DNA of 8,944 nucleotides, from positions 1-8,944 of the forward strand of contig CAZECW010000031.1 of assembly GCA_964510585.1 (NCBI GenBank). The letters are read 5' to 3'. Shown piece by piece: positions 7,326 to 8,944 of the stretch; position 1 is the stretch's first letter, and each line of letters starts with the position of its first letter. The stretch is from an uncultured archaeon. Lineage in GTDB: Archaea; Asgardarchaeota; Jordiarchaeia; Jordiarchaeales; Jordiarchaeaceae. The notes beneath the pieces are model-generated. The model was not told where the DNA came from and searched no databases. It saw only the letters and a list, made by a program, of their open reading frames with translations. Made by a program: the position numbers and the translations under genes.

Positions 7326-7387
7326 TGGGGATGATGTTACCGTCCCAGACGGAGCCAATATGAAGAACCCGTGACAAAACTGACCCA
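7326..7387 (+). ncRNA. Box C/D 2'-O-methylation guide sRNA (D' guide predicted to target 23S rRNA G2251, E. coli numbering)
   Basis: Terminal stem UGGG(7326-29)/CCCA(7384-87); box C AUGAUGU(7331-37); 12-nt D' guide UACCGUCCCAGA(7338-49); D' CGGA(7350-53); C' AUGAAGA(7360-66); 13-nt D guide ACCCGUGACAAAA(7367-79); box D CUGA(7380-83). The D' guide forms 11 bp (one G-U) with the P-loop sequence CUGGGGCGGUA. Confidence 0.85.
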
Positions 7388-7410
7388 CCACTAATTATTC
7401 AATTGGAGAA

Positions 7411-8088
7411 ATGAGATTGAGCGCATACCAAAAAAAGGGAGATATGACAGAGGCTCAAAAGGAAGCTTACGGCAAACTTGAAAGAAAAGTTTTAGAGCAA
7501 GGAGAAGTTATACAGAAGCAGAGTCTTAGAATCAAGGAACTTGAAAACTTGGTCGAGCAGCGAGAAAATGAATTAGCACACCTCAAAAGAACATACGAAC
7601 TTGAAATTCAGAATCTCGGCGACCTTTTAAACCAGCTTAAGAGCCAGTCTGAAGACCAAATAAACAAAATAAAGAGCCTAGAGAGCAAAATGAAAGATGA
7701 ATCAGATGATCACAAGTATCGGGAAGAGGATTTAACTTTTAAAATACGTAGCCTTGAGAAAAGGATTACTGAACTGGAAAGCCAAGCCAGGGAAAAAGAT
7801 GAGATAATAAATGAACTAAATCAGCAATTAGACATGACAGCCGCAAGAATCTCAGACTTGGAGAAAACAATCAAAGATAAAGACTCAAAACTGGCTTCAA
7901 TAGAATCCTTGATAATGGAGGACGTTAATTACAAGCCCTACTTCATAGTTAAAAAATACGGTTCTAGCAACATACAAGATATTAAAAAAACACTGGGATT
8001 ACAAGAGGGAACAGTAAGACGCATAGTACTTGAACTTGAGAAAAAGGGGTTAGTTAGGGTGGACGGCGACCATATTCACCTTGTGTAG
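7411..8088 (+). CDS. Hypothetical protein: long coiled coil with a C-terminal winged helix-turn-helix domain
   Basis: Residues about 20-170 are E/K/Q/L-rich with heptad periodicity. The C-terminal ~55 aa (SNIQDIKKTLGLQEGTVRRIVLELEKKGLVRVDGDHIHL) match the wHTH pattern with an L..KGLV wing. GGAG lies before ATG 7411; alternative start ATG 7444. Confidence 0.8.
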   Translation: MRLSAYQKKGDMTEAQKEAYGKLERKVLEQGEVIQKQSLRIKELENLVEQRENELAHLKRTYELEIQNLGDLLNQLKSQSEDQINKIKSLESKMKDESDDHKYREEDLTFKIRSLEKRITELESQAREKDEIINELNQQLDMTAARISDLEKTIKDKDSKLASIESLIMEDVNYKPYFIVKKYGSSNIQDIKKTLGLQEGTVRRIVLELEKKGLVRVDGDHIHLV

Positions 8089-8151
8089 AATTCCAAAAAA
8101 GGGAACTACTCAAAGAGCATCCCAAGATCTTTATTTAAAAACAATCCTTTA

Positions 8152-8601
8152 TTACCTTTCGTTTTCCACCACTATTTCTACGGGATGTATAACATTTTCG
8201 AACCATTGATACGCGGCCATATCAATCCTGTCACTTAAGGTTCCAAATATGACCCAAACTACTGGGTTTATCTCCATAAAAGGTTTATCGGCACTTGAAG
8301 GTTTAGCAATGGTGGGGTGGGAGTGAAAGATCCCAATCATCTCTTTACCCTCGCTCTCAGCTTGCACCAATATCCTATAAAGCTCCTCAACATCTATCAC
8401 AAAGCTAACTGATGATTCCGCCACATTCTTGGTGAAAACCACGTCTAGGGCTTTGGCTGTTTCCCCCTCAAAAAGTCCCAAAATAACTCCACATGCTTCT
8501 TTGGGATAATTTTTACGAGTTTCTTCGAGCATCATTTCAATGTGCTCATTATTGAGAATAATTTTTCGAATCTTGGGAATAGGCAGTAAAACTTCCTCCA
8601 A
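8152..8601 (-). CDS. JAB/MPN+ (JAMM, Mov34 family) metallopeptidase, desampylase/deubiquitinase-like
   Basis: YPKEACG (catalytic Glu35) and IGIFHSHP...PSSAD (His93, His95, Ser102, Asp105). Single domain, 149 aa, TTG start. Confidence 0.9.
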   Translation of the reverse strand: MEEVLLPIPKIRKIILNNEHIEMMLEETRKNYPKEACGVILGLFEGETAKALDVVFTKNVAESSVSFVIDVEELYRILVQAESEGKEMIGIFHSHPTIAKPSSADKPFMEINPVVWVIFGTLSDRIDMAAYQWFENVIHPVEIVVENER

Positions 8602-8944
8602 AATTTAGTTCTTAGAAAACTTAGCAGGAACAGCTATTAGTACTTTTTGAAAACCCGAAGACCTTACGGACTAATTTGAAGATACCCCCAAAATCTACTG
8701 AAAACTATTAAGAATTTAAAGCTTAAAAGAAGGATAAAAAACAATTATCGAGTTAACTAGCGGTATTTTAGCATAGTGCCCGGTGACGAAAGCAAAGTGT
8801 GAACGACACTATGTTCCTCGTTAGTGAATTTTTGTAAAAAAATGGGGGGGTTAATGGAAAGAAATTTGTACGGGAGGGAGGTACCGTTATACCAAAAAGG
8901 TGATACACGCCCATGGCGCAAACAACAGTACCTCCCACAGATTA

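Noticed and set aside
7308-7390. pop5 TGA as selenocysteine with a downstream SECIS (AUGA motifs present)
   Set aside because: Pop5 is complete at this stop, no Sec-containing Pop5 is known to me, and the downstream element is fully explained as a C/D sRNA.
8872-8939. H/ACA sRNA reading (basal stem followed directly by ACA at 8937-8939)
   Set aside because: No upper stem with a K-turn or K-loop at the required 14-16 nt distance, and the would-be pocket strands pair with each other.
8854-8944. Start or end of a further CDS at the right edge (ATG 8854, ATG 8913 with SD, or open minus-strand frames)
   Set aside because: Several frames are open and none gives a recognisable motif in the 10-60 codons available; it cannot be called without flanking sequence.

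Overview
Archaeal chromosomal window of mostly housekeeping genes, with moderate GC, GGAGG/GGTGA Shine-Dalgarno (SD) motifs and TATA-like boxes; the lineage cannot be assigned from sequence alone. Order: probable 3' end of an unidentified gene; EamA/DMT transporter (-); uncharacterised pol-beta-superfamily nucleotidyltransferase-like protein (-); stand-alone ADP-forming acyl-CoA synthetase alpha subunit (+); SerA-like D-2-hydroxyacid dehydrogenase (+); a fragment of the conserved archaeal rpl15e/RNase P/exosome superoperon (rpl15e, COG1325/DUF54-type RNA-binding protein, rpp30, pop5); a coiled-coil protein with a C-terminal winged helix (+); and a convergent JAB/MPN metalloprotease (-). The best-supported feature missing from the ORF track is a box C/D guide sRNA at 7326-7387, between pop5 and the coiled-coil gene. 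It has canonical C, D', C', D spacing and K-turn geometry, and its D' guide pairs with the 23S rRNA P-loop so that the +5 rule points at G2251 (E. coli numbering), the widely conserved Gm site. Other candidates are an SD-occluding leader before rpl15e, the orphan nucleotidyltransferase, the coiled-coil/wHTH gene sitting where the proteasome alpha gene often lies, and a strand-asymmetric three-way-junction fold at the right edge. No mobile element, CRISPR array, tRNA or rRNA was seen.
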